A DNA stretch of 64,000 bases from positions 32,001-96,000 of the forward strand of contig JBGPQV010000004.1 in NCBI GenBank assembly GCA_041489255.1, read 5' to 3'. Within the stretch, counting starts at the first letter, position 1; each line of letters begins with the position of its first letter. This stretch comes from Thermoplasmata archaeon. Lineage in GTDB: Archaea > Thermoplasmatota > Thermoplasmata > RBG-16-68-12 > JAFNFQ01. Made by a program: the position numbers and the translations under genes. The notes under the pieces were generated by a model that did not search any database, had not been told where the DNA came from, and saw nothing but the letters and a program-made list of their open reading frames with translations. This document shows positions 17,305-26,500 of the stretch, one piece after another.

Positions 17305-17889
17305 TCAGCCCTCCGCCAACACGGTGTTCGCCTTTGCGGCGGGGCGATTTCCCGCCGCGGAGCTCTTCAGCACGAAAAGCCTGACAATGCCCTTGGGCAG
17401 CTTCCTGATTCCCGCCTGCTTCAGCTTCCCCTCCCGCAGCATATCGTTGCAGAGGTTCCAGGCCGCCTCGTAGGTGTGGGACACCTCCGGCTCCAGCTCG
17501 TCCAGGAGGTCTCTGACCTTCGAGACCTCGAATGGCTCGTCAGCGAACCTGGACTGGATGTGCGGGAACGTTACTGCCTTCAGTTTGTCGCGGGTGTATC
17601 CCCTCCTCTCGGGGGCGCGGGCTACCGCCTCCACTGGCCGGACCGCATCCTGCGGATGAGTGGGGGCAGCGAACGGCGCGGCAGTCGGGAGCGGCACCTG
17701 ACCGGGAGTTGTCCGCTCGGCCGGCGACGACTTGCCCTTCACGAGAGTGGAAAGCGTGCGAATCGCGAGTTGATGCTCCGCGAGATGTTCGTTCAAATCC
17801 TTCTGTCTGCTCCTATTCTTCTGCAGTTCAGCGTTCAGCTTCTCGCGATGTTCTCTCAGTGCCTTTGCTATAACTTCCTCGCGATACAT
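17305..17889 (-). CDS. Hypothetical coiled-coil + Pro linker + winged-helix-like protein (paralog 1; alternative start 17937)
   Basis: N-terminal heptads; C-terminal RFADEPFEVSKVRDLLDELEP..YEAAW...PKGIVRLFVL; 13 bp upstream of paralog 2. Confidence 0.75.
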   Translation of the reverse strand: MYREEVIAKALREHREKLNAELQKNRSRQKDLNEHLAEHQLAIRTLSTLVKGKSSPAERTTPGQVPLPTAAPFAAPTHPQDAVRPVEAVARAPERRGYTRDKLKAVTFPHIQSRFADEPFEVSKVRDLLDELEPEVSHTYEAAWNLCNDMLREGKLKQAGIRKLPKGIVRLFVLKSSAAGNRPAAKANTVLAEG

Positions 17890-18045
17890 CGCACGGCCGC
17901 TTGATGTGAAATCAGTGCTGGTATATGAACGTGCCATATTCGCGATTCCTTCGCGCTCGATGACTGGCGGTATCGGTCAGAGAGGAGGCGCGCCGCATCC
18001 GAAGTATTATCTCGCCGAAGGGGGATTCGGGAACGGGGGTCGAGC

Positions 18046-18735
18046 ATGAACTTGGTAGTCCTCTTTCTAGCCGACTCCGGTCCCGCGGTGACTTGGGGAG
18101 TCGCTCTCCCTGACGAGATCGCCGCAGAGTGCAAGGACCGGGAGATGGAAGTCGTGCACCTCGGCAAGAAGTCGCCTGACGTGGTTCTCAGGCTGCCGGA
18201 GGGGACGAAGGCATGGGAGACCCGGGTCGGGTTCGAGAAGGCGTGGCGGGCTGTGACAACCTCAAGCCCTGTATTCATAGCGCGATCTGCCAAGATGGTA
18301 GCGCAGTCCTATATTCTAGGCGAAGAGATCTACGGTTCTCTGGGAGTCCCCCAGAAGGGGGCCAGCGCAGGCCTGGTGTTCCTCGAGACAAGAGGGCTCG
18401 AGCAGGTGCTGGAAAGCGAGTGCGACAGGCTGCTGAAGGAACTGGGCACGGCGGGGGGGCAGGACCTGATTGCGAGGAGGCCAATCTCCCGGGGAGACAT
18501 ACTCGTGGTAAAGAAAGGCAAGGATGGGGAACCGCCATCATTCGCGCGGGTCGCCAGGATTATCCAGGAGTGCTATCGCTCGGTGCTGGAGAAGCCCATT
18601 CACGTCGCGGGGAGGAGCCTGAAGACACTCAAAGGGATTCGAGACGTGATCGAGGAGCATGCGCCGAAGATGCTCGCGGAGGTCGGCCAATCGCATGGAT
18701 TGCGCAAGGAGACGGAGAATGGCGGCCTCGCGTGA
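18046..18735 (+). CDS. Hypothetical protein
   Basis: 229-aa ORF with plausible globular composition, divergent from the wHTH pair; no motif recognised. Confidence 0.6.
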   Translation: MNLVVLFLADSGPAVTWGVALPDEIAAECKDREMEVVHLGKKSPDVVLRLPEGTKAWETRVGFEKAWRAVTTSSPVFIARSAKMVAQSYILGEEIYGSLGVPQKGASAGLVFLETRGLEQVLESECDRLLKELGTAGGQDLIARRPISRGDILVVKKGKDGEPPSFARVARIIQECYRSVLEKPIHVAGRSLKTLKGIRDVIEEHAPKMLAEVGQSHGLRKETENGGLA

Positions 18736-18761
18736 CTCCTCGCGTGACTCCTCACGTGACT
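18726..18761. repeat. 3 x 12-bp tandem repeat over the stop codon of 18046..18735
   Basis: cctcgcgtgact cctcgcgtgact cctcacgtgact. Confidence 0.9.
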
Positions 18762-18824
18762 GAGAATGGAGCGAAAAGCAATATATGCGGGTTGGCAGAT
18801 GGGGCACGACAGGGACTCGTTCAG

Positions 18825-19322
18825 ATGGAGACCGATTCCGGCGAAAGAACTCTGATGGTCATCAGACAGGTGAGGCTGAAGAACCTCAAGAATTACGTAA
18901 CCATGTTCGTCTTTCTCATCATCGCAGGATACCTCCAGTTCTTCAGGCCCTCGTTCCTGCCGGCGTACGACCTCCTCGACAGGTGGGACGTCTACTATCT
19001 CCTGGAGCTTCTTTTAGTCTTCATCGCATTCATCTCCGTGATAGTCGCCGAGGTCAAGAGGGTCAAACAGGAGTACCTGGTGACCAACCTCAGGATAATT
19101 GATTCGTACGGCATCCTGAAGAAAACCACTACGGTGATGATGGCGAATCAGGTCGAGCGGGTCTACAGCACCCAGGGGATTCTACAGAGGCTCCTGCGAT
19201 ACGGCGATGTCGTCGTGGACACGGGGGAAGACCAGGTCGTGCTGGAGGGTGTTCACAACCCGAAGAAGGTCGAGGGTGCGATAACCCAAGCGATGGCGTC
19301 GCGGCTGCCCAGCCGAAGGTAG
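18825..19322 (+). CDS. Membrane protein with bacterial PH (bPH_2-like) domain
   Basis: Two TMs then YLVTNLRII..GIL...QGILQRLLRYGDVVV.TG..L.GV.NP. Confidence 0.82.
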   Translation: METDSGERTLMVIRQVRLKNLKNYVTMFVFLIIAGYLQFFRPSFLPAYDLLDRWDVYYLLELLLVFIAFISVIVAEVKRVKQEYLVTNLRIIDSYGILKKTTTVMMANQVERVYSTQGILQRLLRYGDVVVDTGEDQVVLEGVHNPKKVEGAITQAMASRLPSRR

Positions 19323-19401
19323 CGCGGGGAACCCAGCCAGACTAGACGCGGAAGGGAAAGCCTAAAATAAAGTCGCGGTGATGGCGGGGCGAGAGGGTGA
19401 C

Positions 19402-19647
19402 ATGAAGGCTTTCGTGACCGAACTAAAGGGAAAGACGGTGATGACCAAGGATGGGCAGATTCTCGGTATCCTCGACAATTTCATGATGAACACGAGGTCC
19501 GGCAAGCTGGAGACCATGCTGATAGCCCCGGCGGAGAACCTGGAGACGCGACTTTTCAAGGGGGATCAGGAGGGGCACGTGGTCCTCTCGATCAAGACGA
19601 TGAGGGCGGTCAAGGACGTAGTCGTGGTGGAGTACGAGCACGAATAG
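19402..19647 (+). CDS. PRC-barrel domain protein (CdpB-like cell division candidate)
   Basis: ELKGKTVMTKDGQILG...SGKL...RAVKDVVVV. Confidence 0.85.
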   Translation: MKAFVTELKGKTVMTKDGQILGILDNFMMNTRSGKLETMLIAPAENLETRLFKGDQEGHVVLSIKTMRAVKDVVVVEYEHE

Positions 19648-19674
19648 ATTGCTGAGCGGCAAATCGGGGGAGGG

Positions 19675-21024
19675 ATGATCATGAAGCTGACAGTCCATGG
19701 CGGAGCAGGCGAGATCGGCGGGAACAAGATTCTTCTGGAAGACGGGGACGCCCGGATATGGCTGGACATGGGGCTGCCCTTCGGGTTCGGGGAGAAATAC
19801 TTCGTCAACTACCTCGGGCCGCGCGACAGGTTCGGGCTGAGGGATTACCTCGAGTTCGACCTGGTTCCGCGGATAAAGGGCTTGTATTCGAAGGAGAGCC
19901 TTGAGGAGACGACATTTCCCTACTCAGCGCCAGAGTTCTCAGGGGTACTGCTCAGCCACGCGCACTTCGATCACTCGAGCATGCTCGGTTACGTCGACAA
20001 GGATATCCCCGTGCATCTGGGCGAGTGCACCCGCACGATACTGGAGGCGTGGGCGGCGACCTCATCCAGGGCTGATCTGGGTGAGCATGAATACAGGACA
20101 TTCAGGAGCAAGAGGAAGATCAAGATGGACGGCGTCGAAGCAATTCCGATCCATGTGGATCACTCAGTGCCCGCCGCCTACGGGTACGTTATCCATGGTC
20201 ACGGCGGGACAGCCGTCTACACGGGAGACCTCAGGCGCCACGGTCCTCACTCCGAGATGACGGCGGAGTTCATCGATGCTGCTCGCGCCGCCAGGCCGGA
20301 CGTGCTCCTTTGCGAAGGGACGAGGGTCGATCCGGTGGATGCGAGGGCCCCGTACTCCGAGAAAGACGTGAAGGACCTCAGCACCGAAGAGGTGAAGAAG
20401 GTCAAGGGCAAGCTTGCTGTCGTGACGTTCTACCCGCGCGACGTCGACCGCATGAGGACCTTCCACGAGGTGGCCCGTGCGACCGGAAGAGACTTCGCGC
20501 TATCGGCGAAGGCGGCCTATCTCTTGCTCTCTCTCGAGAAAGATGGCAGAATAAAGGTTCCGAGAGTGAGAACCGACAGCGGGCTCTTGGTCTATCTCCG
20601 GAGGCTCGCCAGACCCATCGCCTGGGAGGAAGAGCTGAGAGACAAGCTGGGTGACAGGATTGTCGGAGCAGATTATGTTAGGAAGCACCAGGGCGAGTTG
20701 TTGCTGCAGCTTGACTTCACTCATTTCACCGAGCTGATAGACATCGAGCCGAAGAGGGGAAGCATCTTCATCCACTCGATGAGCGAGCCGTTCGAGGAGG
20801 ACGATATCGAAGACGAAGTGAAGGACCGGTGGCTCAATCATTTCGGCCTCGTCGAGCACCAGCTCCACGCCAGTGGGCACCTCAGCAGGAAGGAGCTCGA
20901 GTCCATGGTGCGGGAGATAGGCGCGAAGAAGATCGTGCCGATCCACACCGACAAACCCGAGATGTTCAGGGACTTCGCCAGCGGGGTCATCGTGCCTGAG
21001 AAAGGCAAGACCATCTCGATCTAG
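19675..21024 (+). CDS. MBL-fold beta-CASP nuclease (RNase J-like)
   Basis: GGAGEIGGNK, SHAHFDH, DHSVP, YTGDLR, EGT, HASGH, PIHT. Confidence 0.87.
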   Translation: MIMKLTVHGGAGEIGGNKILLEDGDARIWLDMGLPFGFGEKYFVNYLGPRDRFGLRDYLEFDLVPRIKGLYSKESLEETTFPYSAPEFSGVLLSHAHFDHSSMLGYVDKDIPVHLGECTRTILEAWAATSSRADLGEHEYRTFRSKRKIKMDGVEAIPIHVDHSVPAAYGYVIHGHGGTAVYTGDLRRHGPHSEMTAEFIDAARAARPDVLLCEGTRVDPVDARAPYSEKDVKDLSTEEVKKVKGKLAVVTFYPRDVDRMRTFHEVARATGRDFALSAKAAYLLLSLEKDGRIKVPRVRTDSGLLVYLRRLARPIAWEEELRDKLGDRIVGADYVRKHQGELLLQLDFTHFTELIDIEPKRGSIFIHSMSEPFEEDDIEDEVKDRWLNHFGLVEHQLHASGHLSRKELESMVREIGAKKIVPIHTDKPEMFRDFASGVIVPEKGKTISI

Positions 21025-21677
21025 TGAATGACGAAGTAGAGGTCTACCGCTCCCTTGATCCCCAGTATGATGAACTGGACCGCCACCGCGGTGAGAAGCA
21101 GCCCCATGATTCTGGTGAAAGCATACATGCCCATCCGCCCCATCCGCCTGAACATCCCGTCCGATGATCGAAGTATGTAGAATGTGATGATCATGGTGGC
21201 GGCGATGGCGAGGAACACATCAGCCATTTTCAGGAGATCCAACTGCGGTTCCGCAGCATTGGTAATCAGGACAAGGACCGTCGTGATTGCACCGGGACCG
21301 GCCAGCATTGGTATGCCCATCGGGACGATGCCCACCGCTTCCTTCTCCAACGCCTCCTCGCGGTCTTGGACCGTCAACTGGCTCTTCGGCCGCTCTCCCT
21401 GGACCATCGAGAAACCGATCATGAAAAGCAGTATGCCGCCCGCGATGCGGAAGGCGGGTATGCTCGTGTTGAATAATATGAATATGTAGTTGCCCAACAG
21501 GCCAAACAGGATGAGAGTGCCAGATGCCGCGATGACCGCCCTTCTGATAGCGCGCATCCTAAGGTCCGGCGGGTAGTCCTTGGTCAGCACGACGAAGAAG
21601 CTCGCCGCCCCTATCGGGTTCACGATGGCGAATACAGCCCCGAAAGTGCTTAGGGCGAAGAGCAGCTCCTCGATCAT
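21021..21677 (-). CDS. MarC family membrane protein
   Basis: NPIG, FRIAGGILLF, VPMGIPMLAGPGAITT, RIMGLLL. Confidence 0.92.
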   Translation of the reverse strand: MIEELLFALSTFGAVFAIVNPIGAASFFVVLTKDYPPDLRMRAIRRAVIAASGTLILFGLLGNYIFILFNTSIPAFRIAGGILLFMIGFSMVQGERPKSQLTVQDREEALEKEAVGIVPMGIPMLAGPGAITTVLVLITNAAEPQLDLLKMADVFLAIAATMIITFYILRSSDGMFRRMGRMGMYAFTRIMGLLLTAVAVQFIILGIKGAVDLYFVIH

Positions 21678-21788
21678 CTTTGCATCCGCGTAACGCGGAG
21701 GCTATATGTATTTGTGGGGGGAGCCCGCCAGAATGATCGGTCAACGCCACCGCAATCCATTAAGTACATGGCGGGAAATCGCAGGCCG

Positions 21789-22730
21789 ATGAAATACTCC
21801 GTAAGGCTCATCACCATCGCAGAGAAGGAGAAGGTCTTCAAGAAGCTCAAGCCGAAGCTCTCCTATGACCGGAAAGCGAACCTCTTCGGCACCTGCATCA
21901 AGCTGTACACCAACGACAAGAACGTCAAGGAGTCGTGGGAGGACAACTTCTATGCGATCAGCGAGATGGTGAAGTCCCACGGGCGCGTCATCGCGTTTTA
22001 CGAGGATGGCAAGAAGCAGAGCGTCCTCTACGAACCTTATACCCATACCGCCATCCTCACAAATGTCGGCTACTATGGCTTTGTGAAGAGCATCGCGCTC
22101 GGCGTGGCGGGCGACATCCTGGAGGATCAGCACGAGATACACTCCGTGCACGGCGCTGCCATCGACGTCGACGGTCAGGGCGTCGGGATCATCGCGCCTT
22201 CAGGAGCGGGGAAGACCACCCATGTCTTCGGCCTCCTCCAGATGCCCCGGACGCGTTTCGTATCAGATGACTGGTACTTCGTCAGGATCTTCGGCGCAGA
22301 CCCCGTGGCATACTCATCGGAGAAGAACTCCTACATCCGCCAGGACATCGGCAACATTTGGCCTCAGTTCGCGGAGCTCGTGAGAAAGGTCAGGCTGGAC
22401 GAGCAAGGCCGGGCTGTCGCGGATGTTCGCTGGGTCGTGGGGAGGGAGCACTTCAGGGAGAGCACGACGATCAGGAAGCTCCTCCTGCTCAAGCGTGACA
22501 GGGCGGACAAGCGTATCGTGCGCGAACTCGACGGGGGTACGACCCTCCATTTCCTCGTTGACAACCACTTCTGCAACCCCCACCTGCTCGTCAATGATGC
22601 CAGGAAGCTAGCATTGAGGACAAGGTTCTTCAAGGAATTCCTGGGCCGGGTCGACTGCTTCATGGTCAACACGGTGCTGCCGCCAATGGACACTCAAGAG
22701 CGAATCAGGGGGATTGTCAGGGCCCGGTAG
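21789..22730 (+). CDS. HPr kinase/PEPCK-like P-loop protein
   Basis: HGAAIDVDG.GVGIIAPSGAGKTT and FVSDDW. Confidence 0.8.
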   Translation: MKYSVRLITIAEKEKVFKKLKPKLSYDRKANLFGTCIKLYTNDKNVKESWEDNFYAISEMVKSHGRVIAFYEDGKKQSVLYEPYTHTAILTNVGYYGFVKSIALGVAGDILEDQHEIHSVHGAAIDVDGQGVGIIAPSGAGKTTHVFGLLQMPRTRFVSDDWYFVRIFGADPVAYSSEKNSYIRQDIGNIWPQFAELVRKVRLDEQGRAVADVRWVVGREHFRESTTIRKLLLLKRDRADKRIVRELDGGTTLHFLVDNHFCNPHLLVNDARKLALRTRFFKEFLGRVDCFMVNTVLPPMDTQERIRGIVRAR

Positions 22731-22733
22731 GAC

Positions 22734-23492
22734 TCAGAGAGTCTCGAGCACCTTCCTCGCTGTCGTGATGTAACCGGTGTGGCCCAAGGCGGCGAATGCG
22801 GGTCTAGTCCCGGTCTCCTTGACCTCGATCTCTCGCTCGATGATCTCTGTCGTGCGGAAGTCGACGAACAGGAGCGTCCTCATCACCCTGACAGTCTCCT
22901 TGACCTGTTCCATCGTGGGCGAATATGAGCCTATGTGTCCGCAGGGCGCCAGCGCCTCCCACGCAACCGCCAGAGCCCGCCATGGTTCCGGCAGGTCCAA
23001 GACCACCGCCTTCGCGCCGCGCTCGGAGATCCCCGCATTGATGTCGGCGATCTTCAGCTCCAGCACGGGGGAAAGCCCCGCCCTCTCCACGTTCCTCCTC
23101 GCGATCTCCGCGAATTCCGCGCGGAGGTCATAGCTGACCACCCTGCCATTGGGACTGACCGCGCGGGCGAGCACGATCGTGAGCGCGCCTGACCCCGCAC
23201 CCCCTTCGACGACGAGATCGCCCGCCCCGATGTCGCACCTCTGCACGATCGACGCGCTGTCTTTGGCGGTGATTATCTGCGCACCGCGCTCCATGTGCTC
23301 CAGGTGGTCAAGCAGTGATGCCGACAGGACGAGAAACTTCCTGCCCGCGATATCGACACTCTTGCCGATGGCTGACGACAGCTTGGCGGAGTCGAGGACA
23401 CCCAGGCCATCGACCTTCAGCATACCCTCTCCGAGCCTGACGAGCCTCTTACCGCCGCGCTGGTCCATCAAGACAACGGAGTCCATGCTCAC
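22734..23492 (-). CDS. trmI: tRNA (adenine-N1)-methyltransferase
   Basis: RGAQII..KD, EGGAGSGALT, LDLPEPW, YSPTMEQV, GHTGYI. Confidence 0.92.
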   Translation of the reverse strand: MSMDSVVLMDQRGGKRLVRLGEGMLKVDGLGVLDSAKLSSAIGKSVDIAGRKFLVLSASLLDHLEHMERGAQIITAKDSASIVQRCDIGAGDLVVEGGAGSGALTIVLARAVSPNGRVVSYDLRAEFAEIARRNVERAGLSPVLELKIADINAGISERGAKAVVLDLPEPWRALAVAWEALAPCGHIGSYSPTMEQVKETVRVMRTLLFVDFRTTEIIEREIEVKETGTRPAFAALGHTGYITTARKVLETL

Positions 23493-23534
23493 CGCTGCAC
23501 CGAAGGGCGGCTCCCGTAATGAGGCTTGTGCCGC

Positions 23535-26500
23535 CTATGCCGCAGGCACTGCCCATTCCGTCGAGGAGCTCACATAGATCCAGTAGGCGAGGCCGGGCTG
23601 CATGACAGTCGTCGCCCAATCGGTAGGAGACAGTCTCTGCAGATAGTATGGTCCGGCATTCGGGTCGAAGACCTCGATTGCGCCGACCACCGGTCCAAGC
23701 GCCGCGCTGAGATCAGCGAGAGTGTAGGTCGCATTGAACGAGGGGAAGCTCAGGAGGTTCCATGCCCCGCCCTGCAGCTGGATGATCACGTTCTCGGCCA
23801 CGAGGCCGGCGACGGTCATCGTCCCGCCGCTGGTCATGTCGACCCAGTATGCTTGGTGGATGTCGAGGGCGGTGATGTCGTTGACCTGCCTCCCGACCTT
23901 GTAGCTCTTCCACTGATCCTGGTCTCTCGGGTCGTACGTCCTGACGTAGTCGAAGCCGAGCGTCTGGAACACCGCCGAGGGCTTGTAGTCCGCCTGCAGC
24001 AGGGGGAACGAGAGAAGCTGCTTCCCGCCGGCGCTCATCGTCCTGTAGAACTTCGCCGCCAGTTTCGTCGGCGGGCTATCGTACAGCGAAGAGTTGGCCT
24101 GCACGTAGTAGAAGTGGTTCTGGAATTCCCCGTGCCCTGCACCGGTGTCGGGCCATGTGTACGTCGGCGAGTGCGTTGCCGTAACCGTTGCTGCGATGTT
24201 ATATGGTCCGTTGATACTGTCCGCCTTCCAGACCTTGTAGAGCAGCACGTTGTTGACGCCGTTTCCGTCGTCGAAAGACCTGCCCCATGTCAGCGTGACA
24301 TCCTGGAATCCCGGACCGGTGAGCTCTGCCTTGACCATGACGGGCGGTGGCGGTGGCTTTGAGAGCGCCTGCGTCACGCATACGTCGACATAGTCGCCAC
24401 TGCCCCAGTTGTTCAGCTCGTCTTGGCCCCTTATCCAGAAGCGATGACAGGTGCCTGTGGCCCATCCCTGGACGGTCCAGTTTGCCCACACCCATGCAGT
24501 CTCGCTCGGGCTCCTGTCCACTCCGGTCAGGTTCATTGCCCACGCGTTCGACCAGTCCACCATGCTCGGATCGCTCACGCTCAGCGCGGTCGGTACAAGT
24601 TGCGCAGCGCTGATGTTATTATACCCTGTGGAGATATCATTGATGTCTGCCTTGATCCTGAACGCGGACGGGTACGTCCTGTTGTACGGGTTCGGTATTG
24701 TGGCCTGGTTGACCGTGATTGGCCCTTGGTTGTCGGGTGAAGTCTGCCACCCCGCGCAGTAGATTGCGAGATACACATCGTAGTTGACCTCGCCTGTCGG
24801 GGCGATATTCTCGTGCCAGACCTCGTAGACGCAACTCTTCGAGCCTATCGTCAGCGTGTCGGACATCTGGTGGCCTTTCGCGAATGCATCGGCCGTCACG
24901 TTCGTGCGGGTGCGCTCGGCCACGAAGCCGTCCGTGGACGACCAAGTCCACATGTTCGGGACTCCGAAGATGTTGCCCGCTTCCATGTAGGGTACCCAGA
25001 CTATGCCGTCCTCCGTGTATACCACGTTGAGGACGGGTCTCCTGTTATAGTTCGCATCGGACACGGCGACGCCCATCGGACCCTGTGGAGTCGAGAAGTC
25101 GGGACTCACACCAGGCGATGCCGCTGCCCGCGGCGCTGGGTAGACGAGTCCGGAGCCGAAGCTGCCGTCAGCAGTCAACACATAGAGCCGCTTGTCCAGA
25201 GCTCCCGCATCGTTCGTCACGGCAACGTAGATCTTGTTGCCCGATCCCTCGTTAGTCGAGACCGCCGCCGGGAACTGGATGTTGGTGGATCCTCCTGCGT
25301 CCCAGATGTTGATCGGGTTGCTCCAACCCTGATTCCATGCGGGACCGTCCCAAAGCGCCGCCGCGAGTCTCCTTCCCTGGCCTGAACTCTGCATCCTCCA
25401 ATAGAAGAACACCCACAGCACATCGTTCTGATCGACCATTCCGTTCGGGAAGAAGTAGAAGTTGGAGCTGCCCCTCGGAGCGATCAGATAGCACTGACTG
25501 GGCGCCGCGTAGCAGTCTCCCCAAGTGTCTCCACCGTCGAACGAGAACGCCGCGTGCGTCTGCACCGCGGTGGTCTGAGCGGATTGCGTGCTGACCATGT
25601 CGAGGTGCTCCCAGACCCATATCAATGTCCCGTTCGGCCCGCCTGCGTGGCGGAACAGCGGGAAGCTGACCCTGGCGCTGTTGTAGACGTTGCTCCCGTA
25701 GTTCTTCTCGATCGTCCTCAGCTGCCAAGTGTCGTACGGTGCGTCTGCAAACGCCATCCTCCCGTACGGCTTGCTCTCGGGGACGGATTCGGTCGGGTCC
25801 TGTCCCGTCCAGGTTAGCACGACGCGGCCCGCGAACGGACCCCAGTCGATGTAGAGAAGCCTGAGGTCGTTGGGGTAGTCGTTGGAATTGCTCACTTCGG
25901 TGAAGGTCCAAATGCCGGCAGGCTCGTGGTTCGCATCCAATGTGTTATTGGCTATCCAGACGTTCGTTCCGCCGTGCAGCAGGTCGAGCGGGTCGATTGG
26001 CGTTGTCTTCCTGTAAGCGATGAAGATGTGGTTCACGCCGCTGCTGTTGAACGTCAGCACCGACGGATCGAGCTCGTCTATCGGCTGATTCGTTATCCTC
26101 CTGGCGTATGGCAGGCGCTCGCCGAGCACCTCTACCTGGAGGCACAGGGAGCCCGAGTTCTTTGGCGTGGCTGTATCGTTGCCCGACTCCGCCTTGATGC
26201 AGAATGAGTAGAGGTCCGGTGGCGTCGACACCGACGCGCTGAATATGGCGAGGTCGTCCTTCGAGTCTCCCGGCTGGAAGTAGGCCACCGGCCAGTCGAA
26301 TGACACTCCGAGCGTTCCTGGGGCGTTGTGCGAGACGGAAATCGTGTCCTCGGCCGACCCGAAGTTCCTCACGATGAACGGAAGGCTGGCGGTACCGCCA
26401 GGCGCGACGCTCAATATCGTCGGGTAGTTCGACTCGATGTTGACCTGGTAGGTCTTCCTCGGGCCGACATCTGCTGAGAACACCAGTGCGAACTTCGCGG

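Noticed and set aside
18213-18824. N-terminal 204 aa of the 369-aa ORF 18213..19322
   Set aside because: Out-of-frame overlap with 18046..18735 and Arg/Gly-rich nonsense composition; the real start is probably near 18825.
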